Of a stretch of 64,000 nucleotides of DNA, positions 22,423 through 34,326 are shown piece after piece. The notes beneath the pieces were generated by a model. It was not told the DNA's origin. It ran no database searches and saw only the letters and a program-made list of their open reading frames with translations. The first letter of the stretch is position 1; each line of letters starts with the position of its first letter. The translations under genes and the position numbers were made by a program. The stretch lies in NCBI GenBank assembly GCA_030141605.1, contig JAQGDQ010000082.1:248001-312000 (forward strand), in the 5' to 3' direction. The DNA is from Tubiluchus corallicola (taxonomy: Eukaryota > Animalia > Priapulida).

Positions 22423-25400
22423 ACAACGGTGAAACACACAACTCTCCTTTCATTTACATAGGATGAAAATCTTGTGTGTGATTTCATTTTTACTTTTTAA
22501 GGTATCTTTTTACCGAAATAAACCGAATATTTGCTATTTGTCTTAGTTGCACGCCTTATCCAAGTCAATACATCTTTCTAAATGTATCAGAAACAAATGT
22601 CACACTACCGTGAATTCCCGACGTAAATTATTTTCACGCTATTATAGCCGCAATAATAATAATGCCCTGGCAGCAGCTATACTGATTAACATCTTAACTG
22701 ACAAGAATTAATTTTCGGCTTCAGCAAGCAGGCAGTTAGTGTAATGCAGATTCACTGATTAGCCTGTATGAAGCCAGTTAATGTGTGAATCTGTTCAACA
22801 GATTTTTCCTGCTTGATGGATTTCTGAAACAATTAGCTGTCAACTGCTAGAAGTACGTTTGCCTTTTTAAAAAGACAAGGAGGCACCAACTAACAATGCT
22901 TCCTTTTTCCGGACAATAAAAATGGCACCATTATGTCCACTTATATGATTTACATCACTGTTAAATTACTGGTGTCACAATCAATTAAAATTACCATTGA
23001 ATTTAACAGAAACGAGTGTTCCTTTAAGACGTACCCTGATATAAATGATACATACCTCAACTGTTTTAAAAATTCTTAATTCGTAGATGTAGTAAGGTGG
23101 ATTTAGAATTTTAAGTACCATTAATGAGTATGGTTTTTACACTGTAAACTTGAGTAAGCTCGTTCGTAAATCCTTATGCTTTAACCTGTAAGACTTCATG
23201 TCTCACTATGGAGCAGAATGCAGATAGTTGCATATAGCCTTGCGACTATGCACTAAGGTGGATTTTTAATTTTAAGTACTTTTATGAATGAGTAATGCCA
23301 ACCAAAACCAACAATCAAAATTGGTTATTAATATTTTTCTTGTTGACTTCTTAAAAGGAAAACAAGAGATACGAGTCAATTTGAGTTCAAATTAAAAAAA
23401 ACCTGCTCTACTCTAATTATTCATAATTTTAATTTAAAGATTATTCTTAATGATGAAATGAACCCAAAATTGTTAAATAGGAGAGTATTTACAAGGAGTG
23501 TGAGCTCATATAGTAAAATAAGCGTTCAAAGCGAAAAGAGCCCGTTTCCCATTTACAGCACGTATTAGAACGAAATATAGCATTGATCATAATTTAGTAT
23601 GTTCATCTATAAGGCAACCGTTTGAAGCCAACATTAAAGCGTTATGCCTATTCATTATTAGCAATTGTTTTTCAAATACTAATGGAAAACGGTAACGAAT
23701 GGTACTTTATTAAAATAAATAATTAAGCTCTGATCATGATTTTGGCTTATGAGAGGCGTGGACAATTATCATGTATTATCCTTGGGTGGACACTGTCATC
23801 TGCATTTTTCCTTTTCTGTGATTTTTTTATCTTCTAATTTTAATAAATGTCGATAAATTTAAATAACAAAATAAATTTTAAATTGAGCTTGTCTGAAAAA
23901 AGGGAACAGTCGTGACAGAGCCTGCCATGTTACTGGCATAGGGTATTTCTAGTAGTCGTGACATTCACGGCTCACTTTGTAAGCGAAAAGTGTCTGGTTC
24001 AAACCCGGTTTTGGTTCGATTTTTCAACATTTCATTTCCTTTGCACAAATTTGGTCTCAAAATTTAATAATTGTGTGTTTATCATCATTGTTCCATTCAA
24101 GTATTTTGGAACTAAAATTCGTATCTCGGCATACGTATATGTTGTATTTAAAGTATTCCTCTTTTCTACTTATTTTTATCGTGCTACTGACGGCTTTGTT
24201 TTGCGTTCACACGTCCATTTACGACGGATATGTAACACAGGTCTTACTGTGGCGACAGAAACCCGCGCGCTCTAGCGCTAAATTGTAAAAATTGACATCT
24301 CTAAATACAGTGTTGATTGATGTAGATGTTGTCAGATGCTCTGGAGCGGATAATGGGTTGCTGAGTATGGAATGACTTAAAGCGGACGATGGAAACCCGC
24401 TGTTTAGAAGATTCTCTAAACGTTTGCCATGATTAGTACCGAAATATCAGTATTGCTCAGAACTTGCGAGTTCCAAGACCACCGAGGAAACAAGTTTGCG
24501 TAGTTGAAACAGTGTAATCTGATAGTTAATATTGTTGGACCATTCCACCTCGTAGGCCGTATATACGATCAGAAAATCTACGATAAAGATAAAAAATCTC
24601 TCGGTGTTATTTATGAACGTTCACATGCTGCAGTGTACTCCCAAATGGGGCATACCATACCCCTCCCCCTAGGCTAATACGGTAGCTGGCCAGAATAGCT
24701 CTTGGGCCTACATTATTTTTGTCCAATGTTTTTTTAGAGGTTTTAGTCATTTAGGTGTCCCGAGTTCGTACGGCAACGTCAGCACTCTAACCGAACAACG
24801 ACATCCAATATGGCGTCCAGAATAACGCTCGCACCCCCGGGGGACACGGGTAGTACTGGACAACGCAACACTAATTATAACCTGTTACGTAATTTCTGAA
24901 TCTCACATTACTCCAATCCTATTCGGCCTATTGAAGGCGTTTAAAAAAATTGTGCTTTCTAGACCATTTCTTCTTTAGTGTCATTCTTAAACTGTAAAGT
25001 TTCCGAGCGGAAACAATTCATTCTAGTGAGTTTTATTAGTTGAATTACTCAATCAGTAAAATGGCACTTAAGAAATGACATATGGCCATGTAGAGCAGGA
25101 TTTTTCAATCAGTTTACAACTGCTTTTTAACAGCTTTGTCAAATTTAAAGCAATAGATTAAACAACTAAGCTAAAAAAATTTATGAAGAAACATTAATAA
25201 TAAAGGCCCACGCGAAATGGAAGCAACACATAAATTTGTTTCAGTGATTTTAATGAAATGAAAATAAGTTGTAAATTACGAATGAGAAGTTATTTGCCTA
25301 TTTTTGGAGGTCAACCATATTAAAGCAATATACATGTAGTAAACGTTCAGACAACTACAATGAACTTAGGTATATCTAGCAAAAGTGAATGAATAGTTCG

Positions 25401-26061
25401 CCTAAAACGATAAGTTACCTTGTGGGTTCAATAAAGGATTTACTTACTTAAATTACATAGAACGACAAGGAAAATGAGAACACATTAAACAACCCATTTA
25501 AACTTTAACGCCCCCAGATACTGATGTTGCATATGAAAGCTTTAACGACGTACCGGCATCGAAAATATATTTTTATCGATGTAATAAAATGGATTGATTA
25601 CGCGCAGCATCGAAAAAGCCACACTGTATAAGCTGATTCTGTTGCTACACTATTTGAAATTGGCAGAATGATAAAAATTAACTACATTAGCCCAAAAGAT
25701 ACATATGTATTAGCACACAATCAGTTCAGCACCATATTTGCAGGGAGTCCAGGTAAAAAAGTTAAAGGTAAAAAAGTCGCAGGTAAAGAGCTCACAGAAA
25801 AGCTTACGGGAACTAAACAAGCCACAGGAAAAAAAGAAATACCCCTAATCCTAGACAAAATTAATAATGACTTTTTTGCTAATCAAAATTTTGACTTTTT
25901 TCCTGTAATTTTATGTTCGATTACCACTTGGAGGATGTTGTTATGCCTGAAAGAATTTGAAAAGAGCTATCGCACAATGTAACGCGAATTAGTTAGAAAT
26001 TATGTGAAATTCAACCAACAACGAAAGACTAAACTAAAGACTAAAGACACCTTTTCAAGTA

Positions 26062-26298
26062 CAGTGTTTCAGAAACAGTGTGGTAGGAATATGCTGATAC
26101 ACTAAACAAAATGTTCCAAAATGAACTTTTGGACTTCTGCTTTACGACATCATAAAAAACAAAAATAATATATTTGTATATTTCAAATTATCATTAGTTT
26201 ATAACTTGGTGTAAACTTATTGCACTTTGCACAATGTAATAGCATAATTGATATGATTATGGCAAGTGTTAGTGCACTATTTCTTTTGGAACACCCTG
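26062..26298. mobile_element. Tc1/mariner-like MITE remnant
   Basis: Ends in ggaacaccctg. Internal sequence (gacttctgc.tta.gacatcataa) is shared in inverted orientation with 36506-36725. Confidence 0.55.
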
Positions 26299-26900
26299 TG
26301 TATAACGTGTCCAGCCCAAATGATTAAAAGGAAATATAAGAAATAAGATATATTTATCACCGAATAATCCCCCCAAGGTCAGAAAAACACTTGGTCAAGT
26401 TTAACTGTCATTGCTTGCACAGATCGCCATTATGGTATAGATTTTCCAAACTGAATCGAATTAACTGAGCGATGTTTAAGCGCTGGCAATAAACTGAAAG
26501 GCTTTCAAACAAAGTAAACTTAAAACATGTAAATGCTATATATGCTTTTCGTACATTCAAATTACGACGGTATTATCCTTTTAACTACAACAGAAAAACA
26601 TCCTTGACGAAATTTATTGCGTTTTCAGATTCGTTTTAGTGCTAGGAAGTAAAACAGACTTTTCAACAGAAATCCAAGTACTTTTACAGTAACAATGCCC
26701 CATAACATATTAAGGGACTGGTTAATAAAAAGAGAAATGCATTAAAAATGGTTTAAACAGCGACACAGAGTATAGTTGTCTATAGTACAGCACGTACGAA
26801 ATGCTTGTTAAGAATCGGAAAGGATCAGAGTCAACAATCCGTGATTTTCTTCTTAAATAAATATTGACTATTGTTATTGTCATTTATTAAACCACATTGT

Positions 26901-26970
26901 CAAAGCCAGTAGTGTTAATACGCCAGCACGTGTAAATTCAGAAGGTCCTGTGTTCAATTCCAGGCAGGAT
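26901..26970 (+). mobile_element. Degenerate tRNA-derived SINE head
   Basis: tgtaaattcagaaggtcctgtgttcaattccagg resembles 38466-38526, with a B-box-like motif. Confidence 0.45.
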
Positions 26971-28906
26971 CCTTAGATTATTCTTTATCAACCCAGCGAT
27001 TATAATTCTTCAAGCAAAACTGACGTTAAAACTCATTTATTTCCCCCAGATTATAATCATGATTAATCAGTTTGGTCTCTTCCCATAGCTGTGAAAGAAC
27101 ATTTTAAACGCCATGTGACTGGCAATGCTTTTTATGGATATTTGTGGTTTGAAGTAATTACGACTCTAAAAGATCCGTGGCGACGAGAGAAAAAACTGAA
27201 TTCGGGAGGTCCTACGGTTTGAGGATATCAAAGAGGTTCTCAACAACGCATATATTGGAAACCTCTTTGATTGATATCTTAAGCTTCATTCGAATACGAT
27301 CATAGGATGCAGAATACTGAATCTCTTTTAGCTTTTCCTCAAAGTCCGCATCATCATTATTCCAAATCAAATTGTGATGTCATTGCACACTGTACAGCCA
27401 TCAACAAAACACTAGCTAATAATAACTTGGCCTAAATGGTTTTTGAATTGAATAAAGTTGATAAATACCCTCTCGGAGGAAATCATGACGCGTTAATAAA
27501 CTGTTTGCCAAGCTCGTTATCAAGCAATCTTCCTTGAAGGAAAGGACAATGATGGGTTTATTTTACCATTATTATTTAAACTCAGAAAAACATGACAAAG
27601 AAATTGCAAAAACTATCTATAAAGCATAAAGCTAATTATACTACCCCTATGTAAATAATTTTTAGCGCGATGGTAGCCGTAATCACTTGAAAATTATGAC
27701 GTAACTGGTGGACTTCTTGACATTTCGTAAGTACATCTTGGTTTTTTTGAAAGCGCTCTCTCCTTAAACTAACTCAAATTTCTGTAGCTTACCTAAAGTT
27801 CATGCAAATATATTACAAAATTAGCTATGTCATCTTTTGTAAAAACTTATACTTTTGAGGAAATTAACAGTGCGCTGCTTTTTTTCAACCGATGAACGAT
27901 GTAATTGGTGAAAAAATTAGCGTTAAAAATGGGAGATCCCAAGCGCGAAAAGATCGCGACTTTAAAGTGACTTATTAAACAAGGCACTTGTCAAACTTTT
28001 ATTACGAAATCCTTACTTTTTTCGCAAATCTCCTCTGTGCTGGATGGCCCGCTTTTTTCTCAGCTACAGTGTATTGTAATGGTACAAAAGCGAACATATG
28101 ACTAAGCTAACGTTTCGTTCACACTGGAATAAGTGAACTCTATGTTTCAGTGAACAAGGTACTGCCGGTTTGGCTCTGAACCGTTTCTGTATTTTGTATA
28201 ACCCTTTCATAGAGAAAGAGAAGGTAGAGTTGGCTAGAGAAAAACTCAGATAAAACAATTCTGCAATCAACAAATAGGTCTAAAAAATCCAAAAGTTTGT
28301 TACAGAAGAGCCCATAATTTTATTTACGATTCCGAAACGAGCCCCCATTGGCCTGGTTTGCTTTTACTTTCAATGCTTGTAATCAAGTTTTTCCGTACCT
28401 AGGGTGCACGGAGGCAGACTTGAGGCACCAAACAGGATAAAAATCTCATTTTGCTTATGGCAGTGGTTATTACTCAGCACTTCCTGCTACTCTGTTTTGT
28501 AACAACGTGTCTAATGATGCCTTCTCGTTCAACTCTTAATTTCCCCAGTTTTTTCCTACCCCACGCAGACAAATATGTCCCACTTTTAACGAAAACAACA
28601 ACAATCATAAATACTTCCAGGCGGAATTTTCTGAAGTATTTACAGACACCGTCTACGCGAATAACATCTTTACGAAACGTATCACCATTAAATCCCTGGA
28701 AATCATTTACGTAACCGAAAAGCTTTCAGTTTCATTGGCAGACCCACGAGTTCATATGAAGTCTCTATGGGCAAAAATTTATCTTCACATTTTCTCATCT
28801 TTTAACCTATCCTTGTGCCAAGTTTGATTACCACTTCAATGTTTTTATTTTTGACGTTTTTGGACCCCGTGATCATAACTCTTTACCAATGGAACTAAAA
28901 CGCAAC

Positions 28907-29229
28907 GGTGACCAGTAATAAAGTCACAGGAGAAAAACTCAAATTAATTTATGGTGGCTGGAAAAAAATCAGAATTTTGATTAGGAAATAAAGTCAGGTA
29001 GTCAACCAAAAATATTCAAGTCAGTCACAATTTCTTTAATTACCATTCTAAATCATTTATTAACTGGCAATGCACGAATTGTATATATTGACAACACTAT
29101 TTACATATGATGGCATTACTTCTATGATAAAAAATCACGTTTTGTTCAATATCTTAGGGTTAGGGTTATTTCTTTTTTCCACTGACTTTTTACTTAGACT
29201 TGTTACCCGTGACTTTATTACCTGGCTTC
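28907..29229. mobile_element. Mutator-like (MuDR) non-autonomous element
   Basis: TIR ccagtaataaagtcacagg / ccgtgactttattacctgg, G-terminus, degenerate 10-bp TSD aaaacgcaac/aaagcgcaag. A related aaaagtc.cagg motif cluster lies at about 25743-25925. Confidence 0.55.
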
Positions 29230-29930
29230 AAAGCGCAAGCTTCTATGTTTTGGTCTTGCCAGAACTATCCCTATGCGATTATAACTCATACGTTTTGATT
29301 TTATTGTGTGGAAAAACAAACACACAAACAGACACACTAAACACCCTAAGGATGCAGCAACTATTGCCGAAACAATTAGTATGCCACGCACAACGAGGTC
29401 AAAGTATACGGATATGCAAATAAGGTAATTAATGTCCATTTCCCCAAAGAGACGCATCGTAGCTGTACTGTAGTAAGGCAAGTGGTTAGCAGCAGCTACC
29501 ATGCATCAACAGATTTTGGGATTTAACTGGACCCTCCACATGGCGCCCCAATAGGCACGAATTAGTTAGCTAGTTGGCTATCTCACTACATTGCCATAGG
29601 CCAAGTAGCGGCAGCATGCTCTTCCAAACCCAGCACTTGCTATGTTCATTACTTATAAGGACATTCTAGTAAACTTTGGAGGAGTGTGCTGCTGCTGTTT
29701 AGCTACAATGATATTAGCAGAAGAGCCAGCTAACAGCTTGGTTGTTGGGGAGCCATATGGAGGATGCAGTTGAGCTTCAAAACCCCAGGAAGCTAAGTGC
29801 TGAATGACTGCTTGCCTTAGCACAGTGATTTGTCTGAGTACAGCAATTGGCTTATCTATGTTTCAACTATACCAAATGATTCTCATCCAAAACACTATAA
29901 TTATATCCAAAACTCTGTTTTCATTTTCAG

Positions 29931-30403
29931 GAAAAAAATACTGTGGCAAATGTGGAAGAAATCATGGACATGGGTGTCAGATGAGACTTTTTGATGTAGC
30001 CCAATGCAACGGATGTAGTGGCCAGACGCAGGCTAAAAACTACTGTGACGAACAGGCCAAATTATCGGGCTTAATGGTGCCAGACAATAACTGCTGGTTC
30101 TGGGCTATGTGTTTCCGGTTAGCTTGTGATCGACTAACGCTCAATTTGCCTCTGGTGGCACCTATGTGTGGTAACCGAATATGCGAACTGGAGGAAGACC
30201 GAGAATCGTGTCCTTTTGACTGTTGTGGAAATGTGAATTTAATTTGTGCACATAATGCCACTGAATGCCCACCGGAATGCTGTGGGGATCCGACATGTTG
30301 TGTCACAACTGACAACAGTAGTAACTCAAATGCTCACCACCACGCGGTGCTGGCGATGCTGACAATACTGGCAATGGTTAATGTGTTTCGGTTACGGTTA
30401 TAG
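29931..30403 (+). CDS. Terminal exon of an uncharacterised cysteine-rich, probably GPI-anchored protein
   Basis: Acceptor ttttcattttcag at 29930. 156 codons with 20 Cys, including CGNRICELEEDRESCPFDC, an N-glycosylation sequon NAT, then small residues NSSNSNA and a hydrophobic C-terminal tail. Upstream exons were not identified. Confidence 0.75.
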
Positions 30404-31981
30404 TTAAATAGGAAAACATGTAAATATTATTCCCCATTAGAACCTGTTTGTAAACTATCTGCTAAATCTGTCTGTCTGCAAAAAAATTTCAAGGCAAAAT
30501 GTTTAGCAGCAATTGACACTGAAAGACTTCGTAGAAGCAAGAATGTATAACCACCTAATTTCACTTTCAAAAAAGTGGCTCGACTTGTAATTGTACGACT
30601 ATCCAAATTCATACAAAATGGTTTCAAACGAAGACTTAATTTGTTATGGATGCTTAACCACAACCAACGTACAAAAAATACCAGAACGAAAGCGATAATA
30701 CACAAGAAAACCTCCAGGAAGATTTCTCTCAAAAAGATTTTGTCAAAGGACGAACAAGCATTAAGGCAACAAATGCTAAACAGCACATTTAAAGGTCAAA
30801 ATGCAAGCAGCGAACTAATAGAATCAGTATTTTTTTAATATTTTATCCTGCTGCCGTGTAGTAAAAGCGTGTAAATGGCCATGACTCGTTGTACTTCAAT
30901 TTACGTTGTTTATACTTGTGTGATAGCGTGTCTTTGTTCACATGTTTTGAGGATTATACACTATACATGTAGAACATCCTCACATAACAATGAATCTCGT
31001 AATACCGTTATAGAAATCACCTTTTGTGGATTCAAAACTTGACACCAAGAATATATAAAAAGGTACAAGATTAAAAACCGACTACATATAACCTAGGAAC
31101 CATATAACCAATTAGCTAGGAACTTACTTTAGCTTTTTAAGTCAAAGTTAATAAATTCTCTGTTTCCATAGCATATTCATTTTATTACCTTGAAGAAACA
31201 TAAGTGGAAAGGAACACGTTGAGCCCATGCAAATTCTCAACAGCTAATTACGTGCATATTATAATACTCAGAAGTAATGAAGAAGCAGGAGATGATTTAT
31301 CATTAGGAAAATGTATGCTCATTCTAATGAATGAAATGAGTTTATATAAACGTTTGTTAAATATGTCAGTTTAGGTGTGAAAGTTCCAATAGCTTTCTTT
31401 CATTTTGAACATGCAGTAAATGCTTCACGAAAACTGTATATTATTTAGTATGCTGTTGTAATACATTACAACAAGTGTCAGTTTGCAAAATTTAACACTT
31501 GTTTTTTTACATTAAATATTTATTATGCCTTGAAACTGATACAGTAAAACCACTAAGTTCAGTAACGTTGCCGTACTCGTTACCATCCTCGTCATCACCA
31601 CTGTTACTACAATCGCTTTCACTCAAAGACTCGAATCTTTGCGACACTGAGCTAGTTAGTAGTTACGGGTTCTGTTGATAAAGGGTTAACACGTCCCCAA
31701 GGTTTAATTTAAGCAAAGCACCTCAATGCTGCAAAGCAAATTTACTGGAAATATGACAAATAGCTGGGAGAGTACTTATAGCAAATTACATGCATTGCTC
31801 GCCAGCAGTCAACGATTGCGGCTTGTTCATGGAGACGTAAATGTGAGCGTGGTAAAATACTGCATTCTTGCAAGTAAAATGAAACGTCAGTTTCCCGAAA
31901 CAATGCTAGTATTCTTTCCAAGTAGCAAGTATTTTTCGAGTTTACACTGATTTTAAAATAACCTCAAAATAGAACCACGCA

Positions 31982-32300
31982 AAGAATAATAAGAAGAAGA
32001 ATGGCCCGATGCCCCCAAATGAGCATAGAGAAAAATAGTCACACCATCTGTTTATGATGCCTCGAGCAGGACAAGCAGGGAGTCACACAATGAGGACAGG
32101 CTGCTAACTTACGGTCTTTTTCTCAGTACACGACGCTAGGTACTCAACTAAAGCCGAGTAAAAATAGGAAGGCAACCAAAAATGTCCAGTATGAAAGATA
32201 AATGGTTCAAAAGAATCCCGACATGAGTGGGATTTGAACCCAGAACCTCTGGATTGGCACCTTACAGAACAAAATGTAAATTCAACCAGCCATTGCTCCT
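31982..32300 (-). mobile_element. tRNA-derived SINE with central core and (TTC)n tail
   Basis: Minus strand reads tRNA-like head (ccagaggttctgggttcaaatccc), core-like tactcggctttagttgagtacc, and tail ttcttcttcttattattc. Confidence 0.6.
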
Positions 32301-33970
32301 TCAAACAACCGGATAAGAATGCCATCACAAGGGTATGTATAGTATTGTATGCCTGCATGAAAATAAGTCGGTAACTTCTGTTCTTACCCTCTTTCATCAA
32401 CTGAAAAGGATAGCCCTAGATCGGACATATCACATGTATTTCACTGTATGCATAGGACTGCCGCTGGTCGTTAACACATAGCAAATATGGTAATTTTGAG
32501 CGCTTTTATATCAAGTTGTTGTGCCATGAAAATCAAACAGAAATTAGGAAGAAAAGTAGACCAATGATGAAGAAACTGACAGTACTTATATAAAAAGAAG
32601 AGAATGTTAAAGTTTTTACTAATTTCCATTTTTCCATTTGCTAAAAAAACCCGAGTTCATTACGTTCATAACAATGTCTGTCCGTCAAAACTTATGACTT
32701 CTTCCTGAATTTTCGTTAAAAACATGGCAAGGTTTGAATGAAGAGACACAGACATGACATCAGCACAGACATGACAGCAGGCCGTCCGTGAAAAATAACA
32801 CCAAATGTAAATTTTCTGCTATTCGGTAATAGATTGTTTCGGTTGTTCTTATCCTATAATATCCACAACTACGCAAATACGCCAGCATGCCGTGTTTGTT
32901 TCACTTGGAGTTGTTCAATAAACATCGCATCTACGGACGCTGAGCCAATATTTGCACTGAAAATGATATTTCACGTTAAGGCAGGTTTACATAAGATTCT
33001 GTTGGAATAAGCCAACAACTGATACAACACCAAATTCAAAACCTATTGTATCAAGTTTATACAGCTTAGGCTCGAATCTGAAAGAAATTTTTTAAAAGTA
33101 TTCACTCTTTTCACAAGATGTATAGCACCTACAGGTGGCATTATTTAATAAGCAATGGATTAGTTTCTAAAGCATGGACAGCATACCCATAAGCTACGAA
33201 ATCAGCTAATTTAATAAAAGTCTTCAGATGGGCTATACCCATCAATGCAGAACATCTGAACTGGGAACCAAATGCAGTCCAAAATTGCTGCTCACAGGAA
33301 GTATGACTTCATAATGACAGCAAATTCCGACCAGAACCATAACATTGCAGGTTACGGGATTGGCAAGGTGGTCTTTTTTATTGTAATTTACTGCCATGAT
33401 AGATGGTTACTTTAAAATTTAAATGACCACCTGTTGCATTTAAAGGGGACAGCATCAGTGAATAATAACCTCAAAAAATACTTGAAAGTTATTTCTAGAT
33501 GAATTTACTCAATAAGCCAGACGAACCTGTTCCCAAAATGAGTTTAAAGATCTTACAAGGTATTTTCTCTAGAGCAATAATAACAGTGCTTCCTCAAAAT
33601 CATTGCACAAGACAGTTTAGCAAACGCGCAAAATGAAATTCACAACTCACTGGAAGCATTTATTATTAATGTGGAGTATTACGGCAGGAACATCTTCTTT
33701 ATGGACGAAGTTTGTATCCTTAATTGTCTAATCGACAATAATCTTCTAAGAAGAGATATTGAATTGACACAAGTATCTTAAGCACATGCAGAAATGTTTA
33801 TATTCTCTGACTACACATTAGAAAAATTGGCTCAATGCAACAACTACCTCACAAGCTAAAATAGATATGATAAAAATAACAATCTTACCAAAGAGTGCAG
33901 TATAATAAACTTAGTCATTTATTGTATTTACTATAGCATCAGGTATTAACAATTAAAAACATAATTAAGG

Positions 33971-34326
33971 TCACCGCTTCTTAGTTTTCCTTTTCATACC
34001 AAGCTTTTTGTTGTTAGTTCTGTTACCGATTTTTCCTCTTTGATCTTGCAGAGACTTTCTTCCACCTTTATTTTTTGAAAACCTTTTGCTTATTCCAGGT
34101 CCATGACTTTGTTTCTTGTGGAATTTGTCGCCTTTGCTCTTAAAATCAGTCCTTTCGGGTTTTCCAGTTTTACTGAGTTTGGTTTTCTCAAATCGCTGCA
34201 ATACTTTTTCTGTTTTTGTGGACAGAAGTTTCTTTGTCTTGGAAGTGGTTCCACCTGGCTTGAATTTTTTTGCTGACTGCTGTTTTTCCTTTATGACTCG
34301 CTTGCCAAACTTCTTGGGGAAAAGAT
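33971..34326 (-). CDS. PPAN: PPAN exon 10 (basic C-terminal tail)
   Basis: tatag acceptor, (D)LFPKKFGKR...KTKKR*. Phase matches exon 9. Confidence 0.85.

Noticed and set aside
29070-29424. Candidate upstream exon for the Cys-rich gene ending at the gtaatt donor
   Set aside because: The frame needed to join the acceptor at 29931 has a TAA just before the donor, and the 5' half lies in a MITE.
29804-29930. N-terminal 42 aa of the 199-aa ORF read as a signal peptide
   Set aside because: It ends in a strong polypyrimidine-CAG acceptor and looks intronic. A single-exon model cannot be fully excluded without RNA data.
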